Shown: positions 30,686-39,282 of the stretch, one piece after another
Numbering within the stretch: position 1 is the stretch's first letter
Layout of the letters: every line of letters begins with the position of its first letter
Origin: an uncultured Gammaproteobacteria bacterium
GTDB taxonomy: Bacteria > Patescibacteriota > Patescibacteriia > Patescibacteriales > UBA12465
DNA: 64,000 bases
NCBI GenBank assembly: GCA_964588465.1
Contig: CAZPPL010000004.1
Location: 13,182 to 77,181 of the forward strand
Direction: 5' to 3'
The notes under the pieces: generated by a model
What the model saw: only the letters and a program-made list of their open reading frames with translations
Databases searched by the model: none
What the model was told of the DNA's origin: nothing
Position numbers and translations under genes: made by a program

Positions 30686-31540
30686 TTATCTACTAAAATT
30701 GAATTGAGTAACCATCATTGGTTGATCGGTTGCATTGATCATTTTTACTTCGCATTCATTTGTGGTTAAGTTAGCTACAAGTTCAGCTTGGAATTTATTA
30801 GTCCCACATTCACCCTTGGTATCGTTATAAACTTTATGGGTTATTTTGTTAGTACAGCAACCTTGAGCTAGACTACTCTTCGGTATCACTTGAGTTTCAA
30901 GTATTTTTAACTTTACTAAATTAGGATTGATAGTGGTAAGTATTAACCAAGAACTAAATAGAATAACTAAACCTACAATACTGCCAGTAATTAACTCTTT
31001 AGCCTGACTTATTCTAGAATCATTACCTGCAGACACTAGCCATAACATTCCTCCGCCCATTAGAACTACTGCGGCTAAAATACTGCCGATTATTAGGCCA
31101 TAATTATATAGAGCTTTAATATACTCCGCCAACAGACTGCTATACATTTTGCCAGAGCCAGCATCATAATGTCCAACGGCTACACTTTTTTTATCAAAAA
31201 TAGAATTAGGTATTTGTACTTGAGGTTCAAAGTTTAAAGAATTGTAAATCTTGGTATTGTCAGTAGGTGCGTTTGTTTTAGCAGTATTGGCTGACGGAGT
31301 TACCACCTTATTTTTAGGGGTTTGTTTGTCTGCTGATAAGGCTGGAGAATTAGCAGTACAACAACAAATATCGGCTTTAGACAGAGTAGCGCTACAACTC
31401 GCTAAAGTATTCTGGGTTTCAGTAATTGTACAGGTATTAGGAATAGTCACCAAATGACAAGATTCGGCCTTCACTACTATTGGAACAGAAAAGAAAGTTA
31501 GGAGTGATAAAGCTAAAATTATAACTGGTAATTTTTTCAT
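30686..31540 (-). CDS. Cys-rich exported protein with a TrbC/VirB2-like two-TM hairpin core, paralog 1 (284 aa)
   Basis: The signal peptide is MKKLPVIILALSLLTFFSVPIVVKA, followed by ESCH...CCC in the N-terminal region. The core of about 122 aa is identical to that of paralog 2. The Cys-containing C-terminus is short. The start ATG overlaps the porA TGA (ATGA). Confidence 0.5.
   Translation of the reverse strand: MKKLPVIILALSLLTFFSVPIVVKAESCHLVTIPNTCTITETQNTLASCSATLSKADICCCTANSPALSADKQTPKNKVVTPSANTAKTNAPTDNTKIYNSLNFEPQVQIPNSIFDKKSVAVGHYDAGSGKMYSSLLAEYIKALYNYGLIIGSILAAVVLMGGGMLWLVSAGNDSRISQAKELITGSIVGLVILFSSWLILTTINPNLVKLKILETQVIPKSSLAQGCCTNKITHKVYNDTKGECGTNKFQAELVANLTTNECEVKMINATDQPMMVTQFNFSR
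30874..31240. repeat. 367-bp perfect direct repeat, copy B (core of pilin-like paralog 1)
   Basis: Identical to 29990..30356. Confidence 0.95.
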
Positions 31541-32748
31541 AGTTTAGTGATAAATTTTAAATAACTATTTTTGAGTGGAGTATCCTTAATTATATCTATA
31601 ATCATTTTTTGATTTATATCGCGTCCACCTAGCCCAACAATATAATTTTTGAGATGTATATTATTTTTCGTTTTTCCCAGAGCCATAATAGTACTGGCTA
31701 CATCTGAGTATAATGGACCAGATTGTCCTAAACTAATTGCCTTTTCTAGCACCGCGATATGTTTAGCAGATTTTATTATATTTATAACTTCAGTCTTAGG
31801 AAAAGGACGATAGACTTTTATTTTTAGCAGGCCGATGTTCTTAAAGTTTCTAATAGTCTCTCGTATAGTTCCCAACATAGAGCCCATAGCAATTAAAATA
31901 ATCTTAGGGTTTTTCGGACCGTAGTATTCAATTAGACCATTATCAACAAGAGACCCTCTATTTTTGTTAGAATTATTTTTAAAACCTAAAATTTGGTTTA
32001 ATAATTTATATTCTTGCTTAATAGTTTTTAAGCTAGACACTAAATTATTATGTAAACTTTCTCTAGTTTCCATGTAACTGTTGGGTCCAAAAAAGGCTCC
32101 TAGAGTTACTGGATTATTAGGGTTCAGATAAGTTCCAGCACTGGGTTTATAATCTGGCAGATATTTTTTAATTAATTTTGATTCAGGAATAATTACTGGT
32201 TCATAGGAATGAGTTAAAATAAAACCATCTACATTAATCATAACCGGAAGCTTTAACTTTTCTGCCAGTTTATAGGCTAAGATATGTTGATTTACTGCTT
32301 CTTGGTGGTCAGCGGCGAATAGCTGGATCCAACCAGCATCCCGAATAACCATCACATCACTATGATCATTCCAGATATTAATTGGGGCAGAAATTGCTCT
32401 ATTAGCACAAGTTATGACTACGGGTAAACGCATTCCTGCAATATTAAAAATTACTTCGGTCATGAGCAATAGTCCTTGTGAGCTGGTTGCACTATAAACC
32501 CTGACTCCAGTAGCACTGGCTCCTAAGATTATAGAAGCAGCGGCAAATTCACTTTCAGCCCGTATATATTCAAAAGAACTTTTTCCATCGGCTTTCATTT
32601 TAGCTAAATCTTCCACAATATGTGTTTGGGGTGTAATGGGAAAAGCTGAGACTACTGCTGGAGCAATATTTTTAATAGTTAAAGCTATGGCGTTGGAACC
32701 TTCTAAAATTTGTTTTTTGTTTTTCATGGTATGGTAGATATTAGCCAC
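31537..32748 (-). CDS. porA: 2-oxoacid (pyruvate):ferredoxin oxidoreductase alpha subunit
   Basis: The 403-aa protein has the typical PorA N-terminus (GSNAIALT...AFPITPQT). Its position follows porD. Confidence 0.85.
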   Translation of the reverse strand: MANIYHTMKNKKQILEGSNAIALTIKNIAPAVVSAFPITPQTHIVEDLAKMKADGKSSFEYIRAESEFAAASIILGASATGVRVYSATSSQGLLLMTEVIFNIAGMRLPVVITCANRAISAPINIWNDHSDVMVIRDAGWIQLFAADHQEAVNQHILAYKLAEKLKLPVMINVDGFILTHSYEPVIIPESKLIKKYLPDYKPSAGTYLNPNNPVTLGAFFGPNSYMETRESLHNNLVSSLKTIKQEYKLLNQILGFKNNSNKNRGSLVDNGLIEYYGPKNPKIILIAMGSMLGTIRETIRNFKNIGLLKIKVYRPFPKTEVINIIKSAKHIAVLEKAISLGQSGPLYSDVASTIMALGKTKNNIHLKNYIVGLGGRDINQKMIIDIIKDTPLKNSYLKFITKL

Positions 32749-32751
32749 TTA

Positions 32752-33036
32752 TTAGTAGTCTTTTTTCATAATAATTGCTTTTACTGGGCATTCAAGCGCA
32801 CATAGACCGCAGCCCTTGCAATAGTCATAATCTGTTTTTGGTTTTAGTTTGCCGTCAAATTTTTTATTTCGTCCCATTAGAATACAAGCTTCTGGACAAA
32901 CCTTAGCACACAAACTACAGCCAATACAGCGTTTTAAATCAGTGACTGGACGTTCAGTTCGCCAAGGCCCAGTTTTATTGTTTAGACTACTATTGGGTCG
33001 GGTAATTAAATTTGCCTGTTTGATAACTTTTTTCAT
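32752..33036 (-). CDS. porD: 2-oxoacid:ferredoxin oxidoreductase delta subunit (2x[4Fe-4S] ferredoxin)
   Basis: There are two CxxCxxCxxxCP motifs, CIGCSLCAKVCP and CKGCGLCALECP. Confidence 0.85.
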   Translation of the reverse strand: MKKVIKQANLITRPNSSLNNKTGPWRTERPVTDLKRCIGCSLCAKVCPEACILMGRNKKFDGKLKPKTDYDYCKGCGLCALECPVKAIIMKKDY

Positions 33037-33040
33037 ATTT

Positions 33041-33580
33041 TTAAGATCTATTAATCAAAGAAACTGCTGCAATATTTTTTTTAATTATTTCTTGGCCCTT
33101 ACTAGCAAATTTAGTCACTATGGCTTTTTTTAAAGATTCTAAAGAAATTATTTTAGTATATTTTATTAAAGCTCCTAGAATTACCGTATTTACCAAATTT
33201 TTGCCTAGAATTTTTAAAGCTATTTCTGTAGCTGGACTAAAGTATAAATTCTTTGATTTTAAATTCAGTTGAGGCCAACGATTTTCTGGAGCATTAATAA
33301 TAATTTTGGTATTGCAATCAATACCTCCGAATACTTCAATAGTATCAATTAAAGTACTGTCTTGAATAATTAAAATAGTAGGTTTATAGATTTGTTCCCG
33401 AGTAATAATTTTATGATTATCAATACGAGCAAAAGATTGAATTGGAGCCCCACTTCTTTCTACCCCGAAACTAGGGAAAGCTTGAGCTTCATGGCCATCA
33501 TAGAAAGCGGAGAGTGCTATCAATTCAGCAGCGGTAACCACTCCTTGTCCTCCTCTACCGTGAATACGAATTTGTTCCAT
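33041..33580 (-). CDS. porG: 2-oxoacid:ferredoxin oxidoreductase gamma subunit
   Basis: IRIHGRGGQGVVTAAELIA is the characteristic gamma-subunit N-terminus. Confidence 0.85.
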   Translation of the reverse strand: MEQIRIHGRGGQGVVTAAELIALSAFYDGHEAQAFPSFGVERSGAPIQSFARIDNHKIITREQIYKPTILIIQDSTLIDTIEVFGGIDCNTKIIINAPENRWPQLNLKSKNLYFSPATEIALKILGKNLVNTVILGALIKYTKIISLESLKKAIVTKFASKGQEIIKKNIAAVSLINRS

Positions 33581-33581
33581 A

Positions 33582-34340
33582 TTATTTAATTAATCCTTGG
33601 ATTAAAGTATTAAATTTATTAAACGGTACATAACCAGAGAAAGCATAATTATTAACAAACCAAGTGGGAGTGCCAGAAATTTTTAAAGCATTAGCGTCAT
33701 TATAGTCTTTTTTAATTTGTTTAAGATACCTTTCACTGCTCATACAAGAATTAAATTGAGTGATGTTTAGTCTTAAATTTTTAGCCAAAGTCACTAATTT
33801 AGCGGGGCGAGAGCTATTATCTGTTATGAGTTCTGCTTGGTGGGCAAATAAAGCATTATGCATTGGCCAAAATTTTCCTTGTTCTCCAGCACAGCGCGCG
33901 GTCATGGCTAAAGCTATAGAACCTTTATTAAGTAGATAATCTCGCCAAATTATTTTTATTTTATTTTTATAGGTTTTGGCTAGTTGATTTACCACTGGAG
34001 AAGCTTCTTTACAGTGCTGACAAGTAAAATCACCAAATTCTACAATAGTAACTTGTGGGGTGTTTGTACCTAAAAAATAATTGCTACCATCACCATTAAT
34101 TTCACTTAAATAAGTATGAATTTGAGTACTAGTTAAAGCAGGAGAAGTTCCAGTCCTAATTTCTCTTACCTTATTAATCACATATAGACTGGAAGCGATT
34201 AGAAGTACTAAGAGTAGGCTGATAATCACTAAAATAATTATTCCCCACCATTTTTTATACCAAGGACGTAGTTTATACTCGTGTCGTGCTTTCATTTCAG
34301 CATATTTTAATCGTTCTTCTAAATTCATATCTAAACTCAT
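33582..34340 (-). CDS. Membrane-anchored DsbA-like thioredoxin-fold thiol:disulfide oxidoreductase
   Basis: There is one N-terminal TM (WWGIIILVIISLLLVLLIASSLYVI). The thioredoxin-fold active site is FGDFTCQHCKEA (CxxC), and the cis-Pro region is ISGTPTWFVN. The gene ends 1 nt before the porG start. Confidence 0.7.
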   Translation of the reverse strand: MSLDMNLEERLKYAEMKARHEYKLRPWYKKWWGIIILVIISLLLVLLIASSLYVINKVREIRTGTSPALTSTQIHTYLSEINGDGSNYFLGTNTPQVTIVEFGDFTCQHCKEASPVVNQLAKTYKNKIKIIWRDYLLNKGSIALAMTARCAGEQGKFWPMHNALFAHQAELITDNSSRPAKLVTLAKNLRLNITQFNSCMSSERYLKQIKKDYNDANALKISGTPTWFVNNYAFSGYVPFNKFNTLIQGLIK

Positions 34341-34403
34341 ATAATTGAAAAGCTGGTTGATTTAAACTATAATATATTTATTATAGCATATTATATTATA
34401 GAT

Positions 34404-35174
34404 ATGAAAATTATCTCTTGGAATATCAACGGTATTCGGGCTGTACTTAAAAAAGGTTTACTGGATTTTTTAGAAAAAGAAAAACCAGAGGTTCTGTGTC
34501 TACAAGAAATAAAAATTTCCGAGCAGGCTAAGAATGATATTAAGTTTAATTTTACTCAAACTACCGAGTATTGGAATTGTGCACTTCGCCCTGGCTACAG
34601 TGGTACTTTAATTTTAGTTCGTTCTGGATTTAAGGGAATTATTGGGGTAAGGAATGGTCTAGGTATAAATAAATTTGATATTGAAGGACGAGTACAAACT
34701 CTAGAATTTAGGGATTTTTACTTATTAAACGTCTATTTCCCCAACGCCAACCAAGTATTGTCTCGTTTATCTTATAAGTTAGAATTCAATCAAGCGTTAT
34801 TCAGATATATAAAAAAATTAGAAACTACTAAACCGGTAATTGTAAGTGGTGATTTTAATGTGGCTCACACGGAGATTGATTTAGCTCGCCCTAAAGAAAA
34901 TCAAGGATCGGCAGGCTTTACCCTAGAAGAACGAGCTTGGTTTACTAAATTTTTGAGTTCTGGTTTTGTAGATAGTTTTCGTCTATTAAATAAGCAAAAA
35001 ATTCAATATTCTTGGTGGAGCTATAGAGCTCAAGCCCGTCAAGGTAATGTTGGTTGGCGGATTGACTATTTTTGTGCTTCAGTTAAACTAAAAATGTGGC
35101 TAAAGCAAGCTTATATTTTAGACCAAACTTTAGGCTCAGATCATGCTCCTATTGGTATAGAGTTAAAAAATTAA
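34404..35174 (+). CDS. xth: Exodeoxyribonuclease III
   Basis: MKIISWNINGIRA, LCLQEIK, SGDFNVAH and LGSDHAP are ExoIII/APE1 family motifs. Confidence 0.9.
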   Translation: MKIISWNINGIRAVLKKGLLDFLEKEKPEVLCLQEIKISEQAKNDIKFNFTQTTEYWNCALRPGYSGTLILVRSGFKGIIGVRNGLGINKFDIEGRVQTLEFRDFYLLNVYFPNANQVLSRLSYKLEFNQALFRYIKKLETTKPVIVSGDFNVAHTEIDLARPKENQGSAGFTLEERAWFTKFLSSGFVDSFRLLNKQKIQYSWWSYRAQARQGNVGWRIDYFCASVKLKMWLKQAYILDQTLGSDHAPIGIELKN

Positions 35175-35177
35175 CAT

Positions 35178-37643
35178 ATGTATAAACCTAAAGAAATAGA
35201 AAAAAAATGGCAGAAACGTTGGCAAGAGAGTAATCTCTACAAAACTGGCGAAGATCAGACTAAGGATAAATACTATATTTTAGATATGTTTCCTTATCCT
35301 TCTGGGGCTGGTTTGCATGTTGGCCACCCTAAAGGTTATATTGCTACGGATATTGTAGCTCGTCTGCGACTGATGCAAGGTTATAATGTCCTACATCCGA
35401 TGGGTTGGGATGCTTTTGGTCTGCCAGCAGAGAACTATGCTCTTAAGAATAAGACTCATCCTAGATTATCTACTGAACAAAATATTATAACTTTTAAAAG
35501 ACAGTTAGGAGCTTTAGGGCTGTCCTATGATTGGTCTAGAGAAATTAATACTACTGACCCTGGCTATTATAAATGGACACAATGGATTTTTTTACAAATG
35601 TGGAAAAGGGGTTTAGCTTATGAGTCTTTTGCAGCAATTAATTGGTGTCCGTCCTGTAGGACAGGTTTGGCTAATGAAGATTTAGAAGCTGGACGTTGTG
35701 AGCGTTGTGGCACTTTGGTAGAACAAAAACCTATGCGTCAGTGGGTATTAAAAATTACTGATTATGCCGAACGATTATTAAATGATTTAGACAAATTACC
35801 AGATTGGGAAAAATCTATTAAAGATATGCAACGCAATTGGATTGGTCGCAGTCTAGGAACAGAAATTGAATTTAGCATTAAAACTAATAAGGGTTTGAAT
35901 CTAGATAAAGTTAGAGTTTTCACTACCCGAGTGGATACTATTTTTGCTTGTACTTATTTAGTGTTAGCTCCAGAGCATAGCTTAATTAAAAAATTACAAT
36001 CTAGAATAAAAAATTGGTCAGCAGCAGAAAAATATATAAAAAAGATAAAAAATAAAACTAATCTACAGCGAACAGATTTGAACAAAGGAAAGAGTGGGGT
36101 GCGTTTGTTAGGAATTAAGGCAATAAACCCTTTTAATCAAGAAGAGGTCCCAGTATTTATAGCCGATTATGTTTTGAATTCCTATGGTACTGGGGCTCTT
36201 ATGGCCGTACCAGCTCATGATGAGCGGGATTGGGAATTTGCTAAAAAATATAAGCTGAATATTCGGGAGGCTATAAGACCTAAATTAAAAACTGAAGATA
36301 CTCCTTCATCATCAGGTTCAATCTATACTGGTGAAGGAATATTAATAGCTTCTGGAGAATTTAGTGGATTAGAATCTAAATTAGCTCGCCAGAAAATGAC
36401 TGTTTGGCTTAAACAGCATAAACTCGGAGCAGAAAAAATAAATTATAAGATAAAAGATTGGGTTTATTCTCGGCAACGTTATTGGGGTGAACCCATTCCT
36501 CTTATTCATTGTCCTAACTGCGGAGTGGTAGCAGTAGAAGAAAAAGATTTACCTCTTCGTTTGCCTGAGGTAAAAAGCTATAAACCAACTGGTACTGGAG
36601 AATCGCCTTTAGCTGCAATTACTGATTGGGTTAATACTACTTGTCCTAGATGTGGTGGAATGGCTAAGCGTGAGACCAACACTATGCCTCAATGGGGTGG
36701 TTCTTGTTGGTATTATTTAAGATATATTGACCCTCGTAATGATAATGTCCTGGTTAATCATCAAAAAGAAAAATATTGGTCCCCAGTAGATTTCTATGTG
36801 GGAGGGGCCGAACATGCTACTCGTCATTTAATTTATGCTCGTTTTTGGCATAAATTTTTGTATGATATTGGAGTGGTGAATTACGATGAACCTTTCAAGA
36901 AATTAAAACATGTTGGACTTATCATGGGAGAGGATGATCGTAAGATGTCTAAACGTTGGGGTAATGTTATTAATCCTGATGAAATGATTGATAAGTTTGG
37001 AGCAGACGCTTTACGGGTTTATGAGATGTTTATGGGTCCTTTTGAACAGGCGGTTAGTTGGAATACTAAGGGTCTAGTGGGTACTAGAAAATTTTTAGAA
37101 AAAGTTGAAAAATTATTTGATGATTTAGGGACAGTGGAAACTAAATTAGAATCAGAAGATAGAAAATTATTAAGTTTATTACACCAGACTATTAAAAAAG
37201 TAAGTGAAGATATTGAAAGTTTCAAACTCAATACTGCCGTATCAGCTCTAATGATTTTGGTTAATGGTGTTACTACTTATAAAGCTAAGCATAAAGTTTG
37301 GCCTCTTAGTATAGAACATCGTTCTTTTCTATTACAAATTCTAGCCCCTTTTGCTCCCCATTTAGCCGAAGAACTTTGGGAGAAATTAGGGAATAAGACT
37401 AGTATATTTAAATCAACTTGGCCAAAATATGATTCCACATTAATTATTGATCAGACTATTAACCTAATAATTCAAATTAATGGCAGGCTAAGGGCAAAAT
37501 TGGAAGTAGCTAGTGATATATCTTTAGAACAAGCCCTAGAAATAGCTCATAATAACGAAGTAATTAAGAAATGGTTAGCTGGGAAGAGGGTAATAAAAAA
37601 TATTTTTATTCCTGGGAGATTATTAAATATTGTAGTTAAGTAA
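35178..37643 (+). CDS. leuS: Leucine--tRNA ligase
   Basis: The HIGH motif is PSGAGLHVGHP and the KMSKS motif is RKMSKRWGN. The CP1 editing domain is present. Length is 821 aa. Confidence 0.97.
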   Translation: MYKPKEIEKKWQKRWQESNLYKTGEDQTKDKYYILDMFPYPSGAGLHVGHPKGYIATDIVARLRLMQGYNVLHPMGWDAFGLPAENYALKNKTHPRLSTEQNIITFKRQLGALGLSYDWSREINTTDPGYYKWTQWIFLQMWKRGLAYESFAAINWCPSCRTGLANEDLEAGRCERCGTLVEQKPMRQWVLKITDYAERLLNDLDKLPDWEKSIKDMQRNWIGRSLGTEIEFSIKTNKGLNLDKVRVFTTRVDTIFACTYLVLAPEHSLIKKLQSRIKNWSAAEKYIKKIKNKTNLQRTDLNKGKSGVRLLGIKAINPFNQEEVPVFIADYVLNSYGTGALMAVPAHDERDWEFAKKYKLNIREAIRPKLKTEDTPSSSGSIYTGEGILIASGEFSGLESKLARQKMTVWLKQHKLGAEKINYKIKDWVYSRQRYWGEPIPLIHCPNCGVVAVEEKDLPLRLPEVKSYKPTGTGESPLAAITDWVNTTCPRCGGMAKRETNTMPQWGGSCWYYLRYIDPRNDNVLVNHQKEKYWSPVDFYVGGAEHATRHLIYARFWHKFLYDIGVVNYDEPFKKLKHVGLIMGEDDRKMSKRWGNVINPDEMIDKFGADALRVYEMFMGPFEQAVSWNTKGLVGTRKFLEKVEKLFDDLGTVETKLESEDRKLLSLLHQTIKKVSEDIESFKLNTAVSALMILVNGVTTYKAKHKVWPLSIEHRSFLLQILAPFAPHLAEELWEKLGNKTSIFKSTWPKYDSTLIIDQTINLIIQINGRLRAKLEVASDISLEQALEIAHNNEVIKKWLAGKRVIKNIFIPGRLLNIVVK

Positions 37644-37668
37644 AAACCTTAGCTTAGTAGTTCTAGCT

Positions 37669-38514
37669 ATGTCTAATTTATTACAACAAACTCAAGAGAT
37701 CTGTCGTCTAATGGAAATTAGGCCAGCACATTCTAAAGGACAAAATTTTTTAATTAATGAACAAGTCTATCAAGAAATAATTAATATTGCCGATTTAAAC
37801 TCTCACGATACAGTCTTGGAAGTGGGGCCTGGTTTGGGTTTTTTAACGGTAGAATTAGCTAGAAGAGTGCAAAGGGTAGTAGCGGTTGAACTTGATTCTA
37901 AATTAGTTAATTATTTAAAAATTGGTCTTGACTCTCAAGATGTTAATAAGGTAGAGGTATGGAATGAAGATATTTTACATTTTGATCTTCAAGTCCATAA
38001 GTTAATAGATAGAAAGTATAAAGTGGTTGCTAATTTGCCTTATAATATTACTTCTCATTTTTTAAGACGTTTTTTAAGTGGAGTCCCTCGCCCTCAGTCC
38101 TTGGTTCTAATGTTGCAACAAGAGGTAGCAGAAAGAATTGTGGCTTCAGCACCGCATATGAGTATTTTAGCTGTTTCAGTCCAATACTATGCTAAGGCTG
38201 AAATTATTAAAAAAATTCCCGCCAGTAATTTTTGGCCTAAACCCAAAGTAGCTAGTGCTCTTATTAAATTTGAAACTAAAAACCGGGCATACTCCTTAGT
38301 AGAGGATAAACAATTTTTTAGAATCGTAAAGATCGGTTTTAGTGCTAGGCGTAAAATGTTAAAGAATAATTTGATGGCTGGTTTAAAAATAGAAGTGAAA
38401 ATTATTGAGCAGATACTAATTGAACAGGGATTAGATTCTAAGGTCCGAGCCGAAGGCTTATCACTTACTCAATGGCAAGAATTATTTGCGGCCATTAAGG
38501 AATTTATGGTATAA
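37669..38514 (+). CDS. rsmA: 16S rRNA (adenine1518/1519-N6)-dimethyltransferase RsmA/KsgA
   Basis: GQNFLINE, the SAM motif VLEVGPGLGFLT, and NLPYNITS are all present. Confidence 0.92.
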   Translation: MSNLLQQTQEICRLMEIRPAHSKGQNFLINEQVYQEIINIADLNSHDTVLEVGPGLGFLTVELARRVQRVVAVELDSKLVNYLKIGLDSQDVNKVEVWNEDILHFDLQVHKLIDRKYKVVANLPYNITSHFLRRFLSGVPRPQSLVLMLQQEVAERIVASAPHMSILAVSVQYYAKAEIIKKIPASNFWPKPKVASALIKFETKNRAYSLVEDKQFFRIVKIGFSARRKMLKNNLMAGLKIEVKIIEQILIEQGLDSKVRAEGLSLTQWQELFAAIKEFMV

Positions 38515-38553
38515 TAAAATCAATTATAGGCCTAATTTTTAGTTTAATTTTTT

Positions 38554-39252
38554 ATGCGGCCAGAAAATCCCTTGGCATCAAATAAGCCGACAATAACTCT
38601 TAATGGTTTACCTGACCTTAGAAAAATTGTAATCATTATTTTGACGATTTTAGCAATTTCTATTATTGTCTTCTGGATTTGGCAAATGCAAACTCAAATT
38701 AATAGCCCTTTTGCCGACAACTCTACCAGTAAATTATCTTCTAGTGTAATCGCTAGCACTAGCCCTATTAATTTATTAAAAGAAACTGATACGGATGGCG
38801 ACGGTTTATCTGACTATGCAGAAATTTATATTTATCACACCTCCCCTTACTTAGTAGATTCTGATAGTGATGGAATTTCTGATTTTAAAGAAGTGCAACA
38901 AGGTACTAATCCTAACTGTCCCCAAGGTAAAAATTGTAATATTTCTAATCCAGTGGTTAATTCTAATCCAGCACTCAACTCTAAAGCTTCTCAATTAAAA
39001 CCCACTAGTAGTATTAGTTCTTTAAATTCTAGTCCTAGTTCACTGGCTAACTCTAGTTCTACTGAGGCTAGCCAAGTATTACTACAAAAAGTTTTAAATG
39101 GACAAGCTAATGCTCAGATGCTAAGAGAAATTTTAATTTCGCAAGGTATTAGCACTAAAGCACAATTAGATAAAATTAGTGATAGCGAGTTGATGAATAG
39201 TTATCAGACTACTTTACATAATCAAAGTTCTAGCACCAGTTTGACTAAGTAG
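38554..39252 (+). CDS. Membrane-anchored protein with thrombospondin-type-3-like Ca-binding repeats and an S/N-rich linker
   Basis: The TM helix is IVIIILTILAISIIVFWIW. DTDGDGLSDYAE and DSDSDGISDFKE (38788..38913) are D-x-D-x-D-G-x-x-D repeats. The gene ends 30 nt upstream of the giant gene. Confidence 0.55.
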   Translation: MRPENPLASNKPTITLNGLPDLRKIVIIILTILAISIIVFWIWQMQTQINSPFADNSTSKLSSSVIASTSPINLLKETDTDGDGLSDYAEIYIYHTSPYLVDSDSDGISDFKEVQQGTNPNCPQGKNCNISNPVVNSNPALNSKASQLKPTSSISSLNSSPSSLANSSSTEASQVLLQKVLNGQANAQMLREILISQGISTKAQLDKISDSELMNSYQTTLHNQSSSTSLTK

Positions 39253-39282
39253 TATCCAATAAAATTAGTAGGATTTAATAAA

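Noticed and set aside
31251-33589. Plus-strand ORFs opposite the por operon: 31251-31457, 32849-33133 and 33392-33589.
   Set aside because: They are antisense to the well-supported paralog 1, porD/porG and porG genes, and no motifs are present.
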